Positions 25,801 to 37,710 of a stretch of DNA of 64,000 nt are shown in pieces. Source of the stretch: Felis catus. Taxonomy: Eukaryota. Positions within the stretch are counted from its first letter, which is position 1; every line of letters starts with the position of its first letter. The notes below the pieces were generated by a model, which saw only the letters and a list, made by a program, of their open reading frames with translations, searched no databases and had not been told where the DNA came from. Made by a program: the position numbers and the translations under genes. Location: NCBI RefSeq assembly GCF_018350175.1, contig NC_058383.1, positions 20,276,001 to 20,340,000 of the forward strand. Reading direction: 5' to 3'.

Positions 25801-25999
25801 GGTAAGGGTAAGGGAAGGGAGCTCCTGAAACTAGGAATGTCAAGAAGGGTCCTTTGAGGAGGAACAGAGCAGAATGAGGAGGTGGAAGAGAGAGATGATA
25901 AGAAAAGATTGCTCTAGGGGACAGAACGGTAAGTGCAAAGACCCTGTGGCAGAGAATGCTAACCATTCTCCTCTCTTCCATGGGGACATCCATGGACTG

Positions 26000-26347
26000 T
26001 GTTTCTAGTCCCTTGCAGTGGGGCAGGGCCACATGACGGGTCCAGCCAAGGACACCTGGGTGGAAATGGTAGTCTCCATTTCCGGGTCTGGCCACCATAA
26101 CCTCCACAGTGTCCTGTACTCCCCCCTTATCACCGTCCAGTGCAACCCTTGGGGGCCATGAGTTGAAGAAGGCACAGCCTCCGTCAGCAGCTCGGCCTCT
26201 GAAGGGGGGGTCCCTCTTCCCGCACCCCCAAATGACCTGCGCTGGACTAGTCTCGGCCCAAGAAATAGGCTTATTACGTTAAGCCATTCAGCTCCTGGGG
26301 AATGTCTGCGAGAGTACTTGGTGGTAATTATCCTGTCTCACAATACC
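26000..26347 (+). mobile_element. MLT1J-like MaLR LTR
   Basis: GGGCCACATGAC...GCCAAGG, GAGTTGAAGAAGGCACAGCC, CAAGAAATAGGCTT...TTAAGCCA, terminal CAATAC. Confidence 0.6.
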
Positions 26348-26470
26348 CTGAGGCAGGGAAGAACTTCCCGTGGTCTTTGAATAGAAAGAACATCTGTGTG
26401 GCCCCTACAAAACTAGCCTTTGCTTATAATTAGAGTCCCAGAGGGAAAATCAGGGTTTCCAGCTACTTTT

Positions 26471-26688
26471 ATTTTTTTCAATTTTTTTTAAAACATTTCT
26501 TTCTTTTTGAGAGACAGCGTGAGCAGGGGAGGGGCGGAGAGAGAAGGAGACACAGGATCGGAAGCAGGCTCCAGGCTCTGAGCAAGCTGTCAGCACGGAG
26601 CCTGATGTGGGGCTTGAACCCATGAACCGCGAGATCATGACCTGAGCCAAAGCCGGATGCTTAGGCGACTAAGCCATCCAGGGGCCCC
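26471..26688 (-). mobile_element. Can-SINE (left member of tandem pair)
   Basis: Full SINE bounded by AGCTACTTTT. Confidence 0.93.
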
Positions 26689-26701
26689 TCTAGCTACTTT
26701 T

Positions 26702-26937
26702 TTTTAAAAAAATTGTTTAATGTTTATTTATTTTTGAGCGAGCGAGAGAGAGACAGACGGACAGACAGAGCTCGAGAGGGGAAGGGCCAGAGAGAGAGGG
26801 AGACACGGAATCCGAAGCAGGCTCCAGGCTCCGAGCTGTCAGCACAGAGCCCAGCATGGGGCTTGAACCCACGGACCGTGAGATCATGACCTGAGTTGAA
26901 GTCGGGCGCTCAACCGACCGAGCCACCCAGGCGCCCC
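26702..26937 (-). mobile_element. Can-SINE (right member of tandem pair)
   Basis: Full SINE bounded by CTAGCTACTTTT. Confidence 0.93.
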
Positions 26938-28054
26938 ACTAGCTACTTTTAACCCCTTGCAAAGTTTGGTGTCATTGTGCCCAGAATTCCTCCATGGCAA
27001 CTGTCAGCTGCAGCTGACGTGGGTGTCTCTCCCCTTCTCCAAAGATTCATCACGGCTCCCAGTTTCATCCTTCACCCTCTGAGGACCTTATTCTTTGTAG
27101 TTATTTCTCCATCACTTATGCAGCATTTTTGTGCGAGGCACTATTCTGAAAGCTTTGCAAATATTAGCTCATGGCTTAACAAGCCTATGGAAGGGTTACT
27201 ATTGTTATACCCATTTCACAGCCGAGGAAACTGACGGTTAAGAAACTTGCAAAGATCACACAGTCCGCCAATGGGAAGGCAGGGATTTGACTCCCAATGC
27301 TCTGGCCTTCACATCTCCGGTCTTCCCCAAGACCCTAAGACACCCTTTGTCACGTGCCGTCTCTGTGTTTGTGTTTGTAGCCTTCAATGCACTCGTTCCT
27401 TGTTTTCAGAACACAGCTGCCTCCAAATTTCTACTCATCAGCCGGGTAATTCGAGCAACTTCCTCCCACCTCTGGCTGGACTGTTTCCTGGGTGAGAAGG
27501 TGGATGCCTGATGCCCCCTTTCCTAAGTGACCTCTGGAGAAGCTTAGGATTGCAAACGGGAGCCACAAAGCCCTGCGAGAGGCTGTGCACGGGAGGGAGC
27601 CTGACGGAGAGACCAGGGCGAAATGCTCTGTGTCGTCTCAAATGATCCTCGTACATCCTTGTGATTTCGTACATCCACAGCCCTGAGTCCCACTGTCTGC
27701 CAGTGCTGTCATTTTATTTTCTCCCAAGCCCTCGGCCTCTGACTACAGCGTCATCGATGGTGACTGTTTCCACCTCAAAGCACTCCGGGGAAATGCCCCG
27801 AGAGAAGTGACGTTTTCCTTTTTTTTTTTTTTTTTTTCTCTCCCAGGACCGAAATATTTAGGGTCTTTGGAGAATGGCGTCCCCTGGAGGACACGCAGTC
27901 TTGTAGAATGATCTGGCCTCTCTCTGGTGCTCCAAGCGCTGCAGAAAGAGTATCAGCGGAACCGAACCGAGAACTTCTCTGAATCAATTTCTCCCCGAGT
28001 ACAAAAAAAACCCACTGCTGTTGCACCCTGACAATGAGGCTGCTCTGCCTTGAC

Positions 28055-28216
28055 TGTAACATGCCTCAGTGATGAGAAGCTCATTACTTTTCCATTCCTA
28101 GCCAGCGGGTAGGAACTGGGAGCCAATTCCTTTCATTAAAACTAAAACCTGCCTTTTTGTAACTTCAATCCATTGGGCTACTTCTATCCTTGGGTCCATA
28201 TGTAAAGAAACAAGCC

Positions 28217-28271
<55 letters not shown>

Positions 28272-28280
28272 TTCCCTGTC
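28055..28280. mobile_element. L3/CR1 fossil, left part (includes direct-repeat copy 1 and a (CT)n tract)
   Basis: CAGTGATGAGAAGCTCATTAC...CTGCCTTTTTGTAACTTCAATCCATTGG resembles the L3 motif CTGCCTCCCTGTAACTTCCACCCATTGG. Confidence 0.6.
28137..28280 (+). repeat. Direct repeat copy 1 (partner at 29511-29622)
   Basis: First 51 bp identical to the partner; 4 mismatches before the CT tract, which is expanded in this copy. Confidence 0.95.
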
Positions 28281-28849
28281 CCTGTTTCTCCTCCTCCTCT
28301 CCTCTCCCGCAACCTAAAATTTACCTACCATTGGCCAAGCATCTACGATGGATCAGGCACCGTCCTAAGACATCACCTACCTGATCTCACCTGTATTCTC
28401 CTAGCAGCAACTGAGGTCGGTGCGGTTAAGGTAAGATGGCCGCCTCGCAAATAAGGAAACTAAGGCTCAAAGACGTTAAGCAAGTAAGTAAGAGAGAGGT
28501 TGACTTGTCCCGGATCACACAGGTCGTAAGTGGAAAGGCCGAGCGCTTACTAGAAAGCTTATGTTCTTGCCGACCGCCATATTGGGGCTGGGTTTACGTC
28601 TGACGATAACTGCATGGCTTATGACGGGGCCCAGGAATTGCCACATAGAAACACGGGACTCCCTCTCATTTCCCCTTTAACTTGCTAGGGAAGTGACGCA
28701 CAAATGCAGCCCAAACAGCATTCTGTTAACACTTGCCCACACCAGTTCCCCTAAGAGTTCCAGTCCGAACTGGAACGCTCTGCTTACGCGTAAGGCCTGA
28801 TGGGGACCTCGAGTCTACAAACCCAACGCCACGTCAAGGTCAAGTTCTC

Positions 28850-29332
28850 TAGTCAAGTTTCTCCAAAGAAACAGAACAGGATCCGGAGACACACGTCAGA
28901 GGAGGTTTATTATGGGAACTGGCTCACGTGATTACGGAGGCTGAGAAGTCCCACGATCTGCCGTCTGCAAGCTGCAGATCCAGGCGAGGCTGAGTCCAAA
29001 GGATTAGGGCGCTGATGGCGGGGGTCCCAGTCTTGAGCCAGAAGGCTCAGGAACCGGGAGCTCTGATGTCCGAGGCCGGGAGACGATGGTTGTCCCAGCT
29101 CGAGCGAAGAGAGCAAATTCACCTTTCCTCTTTTCTGTTACATTCAGGCTCTTCACAGATGGGATGCTTCCCACCTGCCCCGGGGAGGGTGATCTTCTGT
29201 ACTCAGTCTACCGATCCAAATGCTAATCTCTTCTGGAAACACCCTCGCAGACACAGCCTGAAATAATGTTTTCCTGTTATTAAAGCCATTAAGCAATACC
29301 ACTAAGTGTTGGCACACAAAATTAACCATCAC
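28850..29332 (-). mobile_element. MLT2 (C/D-like) ERVL solo LTR
   Basis: TTCTCCAAAGAAACAGAAC...GGAGGCTGAGAAGTCCCACGATCTGCCGTCTGCAAGCTG...AAAATTAACCATCAC. Confidence 0.92.
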
Positions 29333-29510
29333 GCCCTTCTTCCCAGAAAGGTAACATTAGGAAAACAGCCTTCTGGAAGACTCTCTGCTGGTTCCTTAGT
29401 GTCTGCCCCATCCCATCCAGCCTTCAGCCCTCCAAGCCATGCCTGGTCCTCCAGGAGGCTGCGTCTACCGACCCCGTCACCCAGACTCTTTTTACCGACC
29501 CTCTTCCAGC

Positions 29511-29622
29511 TAAAACTAAAACCTGCCTTTTTGTAACTTCAATCCATTGGGCTACTTCTATGCTTTGGTCCATATGTAAATAAGCAAGCCAATTCTCTCC
29601 CTCTCTCTCCCTCTTCCCTGTC
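29511..29622 (+). repeat. Direct repeat copy 2 (partner at 28137-28280)
   Basis: TAAAACTAAAACCTGCC...CCCTCTTCCCTGTC; L3-like sequence continues to its right. Confidence 0.95.
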
Positions 29623-32600
29623 GCAGCTACTGAAAGACTTTAATGACGCCTACGCTTGCCGGAACTCAGAGCGTAGGAGAGGAAAGGGGCTGGGCTGTTT
29701 TCCTCTGCTTCTCCCTGCCTTGGTGCTTCCATACTTGCTGAGGTCCAGCCTATCCATGGCTCCTATTGGGGTGCCCGCCTTCTCCGTGGGTCCACATCTT
29801 GCTGAACTCCATAAAACCCTTTTCTCACCTTGCACCTTCTGACGTGGGGGGGGGGGGTGTTGGTTTCGCTTTTTGCTAGTTCCCTGGTGCCTCGTTATCT
29901 CTTGGTGGTTCCTCTCCCCTGCTCACATCTCCATAAGCAATCCCCTTATTAAATACTTGAGCCATGCCAGTGGAATTGCATTTGCTTTCAGGACCTGAGA
30001 GGTCACACACAGCCTAAGTGTGAACGAGACGGCAAGTCCCAAGCAGGCCCGGATCGTCCAGTCCATTCCTGGAGGCTGAGTCAGAAGGACAAAAGGGCAG
30101 GGTTCCAAGGGGGTCCTTGACTTAGCTTACACATTTAGACGAAAAGAGGGATCAAGGGAAGCCACAGCATCATGGATAAGCTGTATCTGCTACAACGCAC
30201 TGAACCCACCTACCACGCCCCAGAGGCAGGTCGGGATATCAACTTCTGCTGCATTGGGCCGGGATACGGAACCAGGAAGAAGGCACGCAGAGTCAAGGCA
30301 GTCAAGGGGAGCAAAGCCTAAAATTTCCCTCCCCTTCTAGGTCACATTTGCTCCATGACAATTCTTTGAGCCATTAAAAAAAAAAAAAAAGGCTCAATGA
30401 GATCAATCGATTGTCTGATTGATTTCGTTCCAGGACCTTCTACCACTCTTCCTTTGATATGCATTCGGATTGTTCTGTCCACGTGCTCCAAATCCCCTTA
30501 AAGGCCCTACTCACAGAACCAAAATGAGACTCCAAGTCAGACAGGACAAGGGACAAGGGCAGCGGAGGGATGTCCTTCCTCATCCAGAGCTCAGCCTATC
30601 CGTGTGTGCTCTGGGAGAACCTTCCCTCTAACGACTCGCGGTGTGTTTGGAGATACCCAGAATCTCAGGGTCTCTTTATTTATTTCAAGATGTGAGTAAC
30701 AAACTAAGCCATATTTCCTGAGAGTGCTGTAAGGGTGAGCCTGCATTCTCCAACTTAGATGTAAATGACAGGTGGGGCAAAAGGTAGGAACTACCCTTGC
30801 TCTCTCCCGTTGCCTCTTCTGGATCATTCCTACCGTTTCAATCAAGAGTCTGAGAAATCCGTATGTATTCCCCTCAGTTCACACTCCCATCGGAAGGAGA
30901 AGCAAATGCTTACCGTGTGCCTGACACCACGCTAAGGGTCTCACATCCATCATCTCGTGGGATCTGTACAATGACCTCATCCTCTGTGCCCGCGTGCCCG
31001 CACACCCCTGTTTACGGGTGACCAGGCCAAGCATCAGAGAAATCCATTTCCCAAGGTTAGAAAGTGGTGGGGCTGGCACGCCGACCCAGACTGGCTAACT
31101 GTACAGGCAAACCTTTCCCTAATGCAGCTACACCGCCCTTCTTGAAAACGGAACTTGGGATCCAGAGAAATACTCCCCCGTCCCCGCTCAATGCAGGCAA
31201 AACCGAACGGGAACGGGGATCAGCATCCCCTGGCCTTCTCACGGCAGCCAGCCAGAACCATTCGACCTCGCAAATCCCTCTTAGTAAAGTTAGAAGCCTG
31301 TTTTTCTCCAATTTCCAAGGAGTTGCATTTGGCATCCAGTAAATGACCTGAATCCTTGCCATTGCTGGTTTCAGTTCCACAGCCTGCTCGTGAATTTGGA
31401 GCAAGAGCCGGTATGTTCTCCAAACCTCACCCTTTAATTCCTTGGGGATGAGGACATAAGCCAAAGGAAACTGCTTCCAGGCCAGACTTGCCCTTCTACC
31501 GGGGCGGATCTCGGATACAACCACCCTGACCCGTGCTCCTTAGTGGCAGAGACCCCGGGGATTCACCCACCCTTACAATTGCCACCAGGGCAGAGAGGGG
31601 AGAGGCCCTGAATAAACAGCCAAACCCAGGGAAATGATTCATTCATTGTGTACTGCTCCATTGATGTGCGTTGCCATGGTGACCTCTGATTATTTTTGAA
31701 CGAGGAGAATTAATCCTATTGAATTTTCTGTCCTAATAACTTAAGAAATTAATTTTCCATATTATAAAATTCAAATGCACAATCCCATGAACCGAGGTTC
31801 GGCAAGTTCAACAAATCTATCCGACTGCATTCTGGGCTCAGAAATGCTGTTTTCCAGATGGGAAAGGGCAGGGCCTGGCGGCAGATGGGCATTGTTGACT
31901 GCGTTCTCGCTCTGATAGCTCGCTTTTTAATCACAGAAAGCAGAGGCTCTTGTAGAATTGTTAGAATCTTCCAGAAAGGAAGGGCAAGGCACGCCAAGCC
32001 ACGGAGAGCTCTAGTTTCTGTCGCTTATGAAGTTTTAAGACCTTGCCTGGTCAGCCTGACTACGCACGGACGCCTCCCTTCCTCTTCATTTGCTCTAATG
32101 GCAAGTTCATCCCTGGATAGGGGAGTCTTAGGGTTCAGTTCACCCAACCAAACTCTGGAACCGGGCGACTCCGGAACCATCCCTTATGTTGCTGCTACAA
32201 CCTCCTTCGGGGCCAATGTTGGCCTAGTATTTCTAGGCTGTCCAAGACAACTCGGTGGCCTCCTAATAACCGAGGGTCATGTCGTACCTACCTCTCCCTC
32301 CTTCAACTCTTCTGGCTCACACTGTAAGATCCAGCATTCTGTCTTGATCCCTGTCTTACTGTCCATCGCCTCCCGCCGTGGTGAATTCTAACATCCTGGT
32401 AACTAGACATCTCTTGCCCTGAACTGCCTCCCATTTACGACCCCCTTCAGGACTGGAAACATGCTCTGGGAAGATTTTTCTGGGGTTTTTAACCAATGGT
32501 TTTCCTGACCCCTACATCTCAGCTCCTTCGCTGTGGGGTCTTGTCACCGTTTCAGAATGATGATGGGGACCCTTGGACCCTTTGGACACGGTGTGTCAAC

Positions 32601-32822
32601 AACCCCGAAGAAAATCCAGAGTCGGCCTTGGCAAACTGATCATCTCCTCTAGATGCTACTCTGCACTAATGTATAGGTCCCTACCAGTCCCCAAGATCAC
32701 CCCCTTCCCACCCTCCGTGCCGCCATCGTCCCCATTATCTTCTCGATTGAAGAGTAACCACTGTGGCTATCATTGGCTGGCAGTTTTCGCCCTGGTTCTT
32801 TTGGTTTTAAAGACCAGAAACA

Positions 32823-32926
32823 GGGGTGCCTGGGTGGCTCAGTCGGGTAAGCGTCCGGCTTGGGCTCAGGTCAGGATCTCATGGTTCACGGGTTTGAGCC
32901 CCGTGTCGGGCTCTGTGCTGACAGCA
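32823..32926 (+). mobile_element. Can-SINE, 5' half only
   Basis: GGGGTGCCTGGGTGGCTCAG...GGGCTCTGTGCTGACAGC then an abrupt end with no tail. Confidence 0.88.
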
Positions 32927-35900
32927 TGGGGACTTGTATTTTATTGGACGGTTGCTTGGTGGGTTCATGGGAATCGTGGTGGGAACCAAAGTAGATCAGG
33001 CCTCACAGAAAAGGAGCTGTTGAAACAGAAGCCCCTCGGTCCCCCATGGTGGCCATTTCTCCGTACCGATTAGCTTCCTCTGGATTTTGTTCATGTAGTG
33101 AGCGTCCCTTTCATCTTCAACTCATACTCACACGTGGTCCTTCAGAGCCACTGAGGCAGATGGGCGTTCTTAACCGTACTCTTGCTTATGCCGATTCAGT
33201 GATGACCTTTCGGCTCAATTCCCAAATCTACCTTAGAAGGGGGAGATCGACAAGACGCACAATGGCCATCGAGGGCAGTGACTGCTCTGTTCTACCTCCA
33301 AGCTAGGAAGGCAGGGATGCGGCGTGGGGGCCACATTGGGCACTGACCAAGTCGGAGGTCCTGAAAGGGAAATAACCACGGTTCACACTAACAGCTCCAG
33401 CCCAAAGCCTAGATGGATTACACGTCCTAAAAAGCATAATACACGAGGGACAAAATTCGAATCCAAAACGAAGTAACGGGAAATATTGGAGCAAGAAATT
33501 TGGGCCGTGAACCTGCCTGGACCTGTCTGAGTATGGAGGCCTGCCCTAGAAAATGATTCAGGAGCTAGAGGACTCAGCCTTCAAGTCTCAGCTCCTCACA
33601 GGACCAGCGCTGGGTTTAATGTTTGCCAATCGGGGCTTCATTAAAGTTCAAGTTGGCATTTCCTATAGATCTTTGTTTCTCATGGGCCTTCAGGGACGCA
33701 CAACTTCTCATCTGTGTGCTCCTTGTGGTAAACCAGGACCCCAGTTAGCCCGCTAGGCTATCCTCTGTGATGTCGGGGACTGTTAACATTTTCTGAACCC
33801 ACTTCTTCTCTGGTGACTCTCGTAAGACTCTGTGCTTCGGGTGAAATCATCCAGGAAAGGAAAAAGAGGAAAAAGCGGGAGGAAGAGGGAGGAAGAGGGA
33901 GGTACGTGTGCTCAAAAGCCTCAGATGCCACACTAGTTGAGGGAGCAGGGAAAACAAAGGAAATTAACTTCGGCCCCAGTCTCACGTGGGAGACACAGAC
34001 ACCAATTTCTATCCCACGATGCTATTTTTCCCCAAGGTTTACGTAAGATGCCAGTAGACGGAGAAGAGGAAGTCGTTTGCCGGGGGTGGGGGGGGGGTGG
34101 GGGGGGGAACGCTGGGAAAGCTTAACTGAAAAAGATAACATTTGAATTGGTGCTTAGATGAAAAAGAGGTCATCAGTTAGGGAAGGGCAGGAAAGATATT
34201 CTAGGTTTTAAAAAAAATGCTTAGGCACAAGCATGGCTCTGTGAAAGAACCTTGCAGAGAGTAAGCAAGACCATTTTAGCCGGAAGCGGACAGAAAATCC
34301 CGCTCATTCTAGGGGAAGCAAGGGATTTATTGCTCACACAACTGTCAGTTCAGGAATACATGGGATTTAGGAAAGACTGGATGCAGGTTCTTTGTCGATG
34401 TCATTCAACAGCTTCTGCCTCTCTGTGTCCCTCTGTCTCTGTCGGCCCCTATCCCTCTGTCTCCTTTCCACAGACACACTCATACCCACTCACAGAATTT
34501 CTAGAGCTTTCTCTCTTCCTTTGAACATGCTCCTTTTTTTGCACCTCTCCCCTGCCCTTGTTTGTCTGCCATCACTTCTGTTCTTAGGCAGACGTGTACA
34601 TGTGCACACATACACACACACGTACACACCCGTGCACGCACACATACACGATCTCCCCGCCATCGTGATCCTTCACAAACACGTCACGTCGTCTTTGTCT
34701 CGTAAGCAATTCTCAGGCACAGGGTCTGCTGCCTCTCTTTCTCCGTTTCTCTCTCTTTTCCATCTCATATTGTCCCCCCGCCCCCAGCCATCCATCCCTT
34801 TTCTGTTTTTGTCTTTCTTTCCTTTCCAAAGCTCTGTGTCTCTCAGGCGGTGGTCCCCAAATCCCCAGACGGCATTTGGAAATGGGGACCGGGAGACCAT
34901 TTTGTGCTTCTCTCTCTTCCGCTTTGTCTCTCTACCCAGATGAATCTCTGCCCTCCCTCCCCCGTTTCCCCAGTTCAGTCCTGTCAGACCCTTTCCCGAT
35001 AAATAACCGAGAGAAGGTGTAATGAAGCCAGTGCTAACCGCAGCCCCCAGCTTTCAGCAGGAAAAATGACCCTGACAGGCTTTTCCAGCAAGAACCAGGC
35101 ACTTCCTGCCACCGCCGAGGACCTCTCTGCTCTCCCTGTGTCCACAAATTAATAACACCAATAGCAACCACAAAGACTTCGAGGAAAACACAGCCCTGTG
35201 GTCAAACCCCCGGCTCACAGATAACCGTTTAAAGGGAAGGGGGGGGAAGAAAGTTGAAAAACTTACCGCTGTGTTGGTTGTGAACCTTCTCCCAGCTCTG
35301 CTTTCTTGCCACCGTGACTGACATGTAACTTCTTCTGTTTCCAAACCACGAGTCGTTCTAGGGGACCGTTTGAGACCGTTCTCGTCCACACTCACCAGCG
35401 GACTGGCCATGCTGCACATCCTCTGTGGCTTGCGTTGTTCAGGCTAAAACCTGGGTCCCCCGGGGAAGTGGACGGGTCCACAGCGGGGCGTGTGCCTGGG
35501 TCTGACCATGTCTGTTTGCACACGTGTGTCGCCACAGTATCCAGGCCTCTGTCGACGTAGGTGCCCCGGGGGTTCTAGGCGTGTCCTTGCGTTGGTGCGG
35601 CAGAGAGAAGGCATTTCAGAAAAGCCTCTATGTGCTTCCTTGCCCCGGCTCGTAAGTGAATCTGAGTGTTTGTGTGTGAACGGTGTTTATGTGACTTTCT
35701 CTCTTACTGGGCGCATGTTATTTTGAGGCTCCCTGTAAAAGATAGGGAGGCTGGTTCTTGTTTCGGAGCCTGTGAATGATCAGAATGCAACGATAACTGG
35801 ACACTTGAAGCTTCTTGTGAAAGAAACATCGAGAAGTGCCCTGCCAGCACCCCCATCTCCAGAGGACCCGAGTACTTGCTCAGTGCAGAGCCGTAAGCAG

Positions 35901-36647
35901 CAGGCAAGACTCATCCGGGCTTCCCAAGGCCAAGGCGCGCAGAGTTCAGATGTTAGAAGTGACACAAGGTGAGACTGAAATGATTGGGGAGGGTGGAGGG
36001 AGCAGGGCTGGGCGCAGGGGGAGGAAGGAGAGTTCTCCTTTCCTGGGGAGGCTTGCCTAGTCAGGAGCCCAGGAGAAGGGTCTTTTCTCTGCTGTTTGGC
36101 GCCTCCCTTTGTCCCATCCCGGCAGCGAAAACCCTTCCCGTTTTCCAAACCGGGGATTAGAAGCAACACGTTCAAGGTCGCCTCCGGCACATTGGACCCA
36201 AGCGTCCCTTTCTGGGTTGTTATGTGGAATCTGTAGTTCCTGTCCCACCGGGGTTGCCTCCGAAGAGCATGCCTCGCGGTGGGGGGACGGGTTGTGTGCG
36301 TGTGTCTGGGCGTGTGCACATGCTGGGTGTGCTGGTCCCGGGCTGAGACCGTGGGCAGAAATGAGGATGACGAAGGTGCAGGGCGGCTTCACGTGGACAG
36401 TGGTCTCTCGCGTGGGATCCTTCGTGTGACCCCGCCGTCTGGGCCAAGCTCAGAGCTACAAAGACACACACACACACGTACAGTGATAGATGCGCACACC
36501 TGCTCACACGCAACGCCCACGCACACAAATGCACAGACTTCTTCCGGCCGAGGCACGTGTTATTACTGCCTCTGACCCTCGACACACACGCCAGGTGGAT
36601 CTACTCAGCTACAAAGTCACCTGCAGAAGATTTAGATGCAAAAACCC

Positions 36648-36858
36648 AGTCTTCTCTTTGACGTACGGGGGTTCTTGAACCCCTGGGGGGCATTTGGAAA
36701 CAGGGGTGGCGGGGGGGAAAAAGCCATTTTGATGTCACGTGACCTGTATGTGCTACGCTATCGCTATCGAGTGCCGGTGCTCAAAGGATGTTAATTCTGC
36801 TCCACCCGGAAGCAGGCCGTTGAAAATGCCTATAGCGCCCCCATCTGGAGAAAATCTG
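36648..36858. mobile_element. MER20B-like hAT fossil
   Basis: GGGGGCATTTGGAAA near the start; AAATGCCTATAGCGCCCCC...GAGAAAATCTG terminus. Confidence 0.55.
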
Positions 36859-37159
36859 AAGAGAAGCAAAACCAGGCCAGCTCACGCGCAACTGGAATCC
36901 CTTTAACAGGCCACCTGCATGCAATCGTCTCCGGGTATGGGCCACTGTGACCCCTACAATTTCATCCAGCCGTAAGCAAGGTCAGAGAAATATACAAGGA
37001 GTCATACACAACATGCATCGTTCAACTGCAAATCGCGGGGAATTTAGCGTATTATTACATACCTAAAGTATAGTTCGTTTTTGCAAAAATTATGCAATCT
37101 CATGATAATTATGCAATTATCAAAAATTATGATAGTGCTTTTAAAAATATCTGTAGTAG

Positions 37160-37383
37160 GGGGCGCCTGGGTGGCGCAGTCGGTTAAGCATCCGACTTCA
37201 GCTCAGGTCACGATCTCGAGGTCCGTGAGTTCGAGCCCCGCGTCAGGCTCTGGGCTGATGGCTCAGAGCCTGGAGCCTGCTTCCGATTCTGTGTCTCCCT
37301 CTCTCTCTCTCTGCCCCTCCCCCATTCATGCTCTGTCTCTCTCTGTCTCAAAAATAAATAAACATTAAAAAAATTTAAAAAAA
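37160..37383 (+). mobile_element. Can-SINE, SINEC_Fc type
   Basis: Near-consensus felid SINE with A tail. Confidence 0.95.
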
Positions 37384-37408
37384 TCTCTAGGATAGTGCGT
37401 CTCAAAAA

Positions 37409-37599
37409 ATTTTTTTTTTTTAGACAGAGAGTACAAGCAAAGGAGAGGGGCAGAGAGAGAGAGAGAGAGAGGAGAGGGAGAATCTCAAGCAGGCTCCACA
37501 CTCAGCACAGAGCCCAACGTAGGGCTCTATCCCACGACCCCGGAATCATGCTGAAATCAAGGGTCGGACGCTCAACTGACTGAGCCACCCAGGTGTCCC
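37409..37599 (-). mobile_element. Can-SINE (older subfamily)
   Basis: GAGAATCTCAAGCAGGCTCCACACTCAGC...GCCACCCAGGTGTCCC. Confidence 0.9.
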
Positions 37600-37611
37600 T
37601 GCTTCTCGATT

Positions 37612-37710
37612 TAAAAAAAAATTTTTTTTAATGTTTATTTATTTTTGAGACAGAGAGAGACAGAACATGAGCAGGGAAGGGGCAGAGAGAGAGGGAGACA
37701 CAGAATGTGA
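37612..37710 (-). mobile_element. 5'-truncated Can-SINE
   Basis: Tail plus GGGGCAGAGAGAGAGGGAGACACAGAAT only; flanked by TCGATT. Confidence 0.88.

Noticed and set aside
36833..36850. CTCF-like motif CCAGATGGGGGCGC
   Set aside because: Core mismatch, and it lies in the terminus of a MER20B-like fossil; not supportable without ChIP data.
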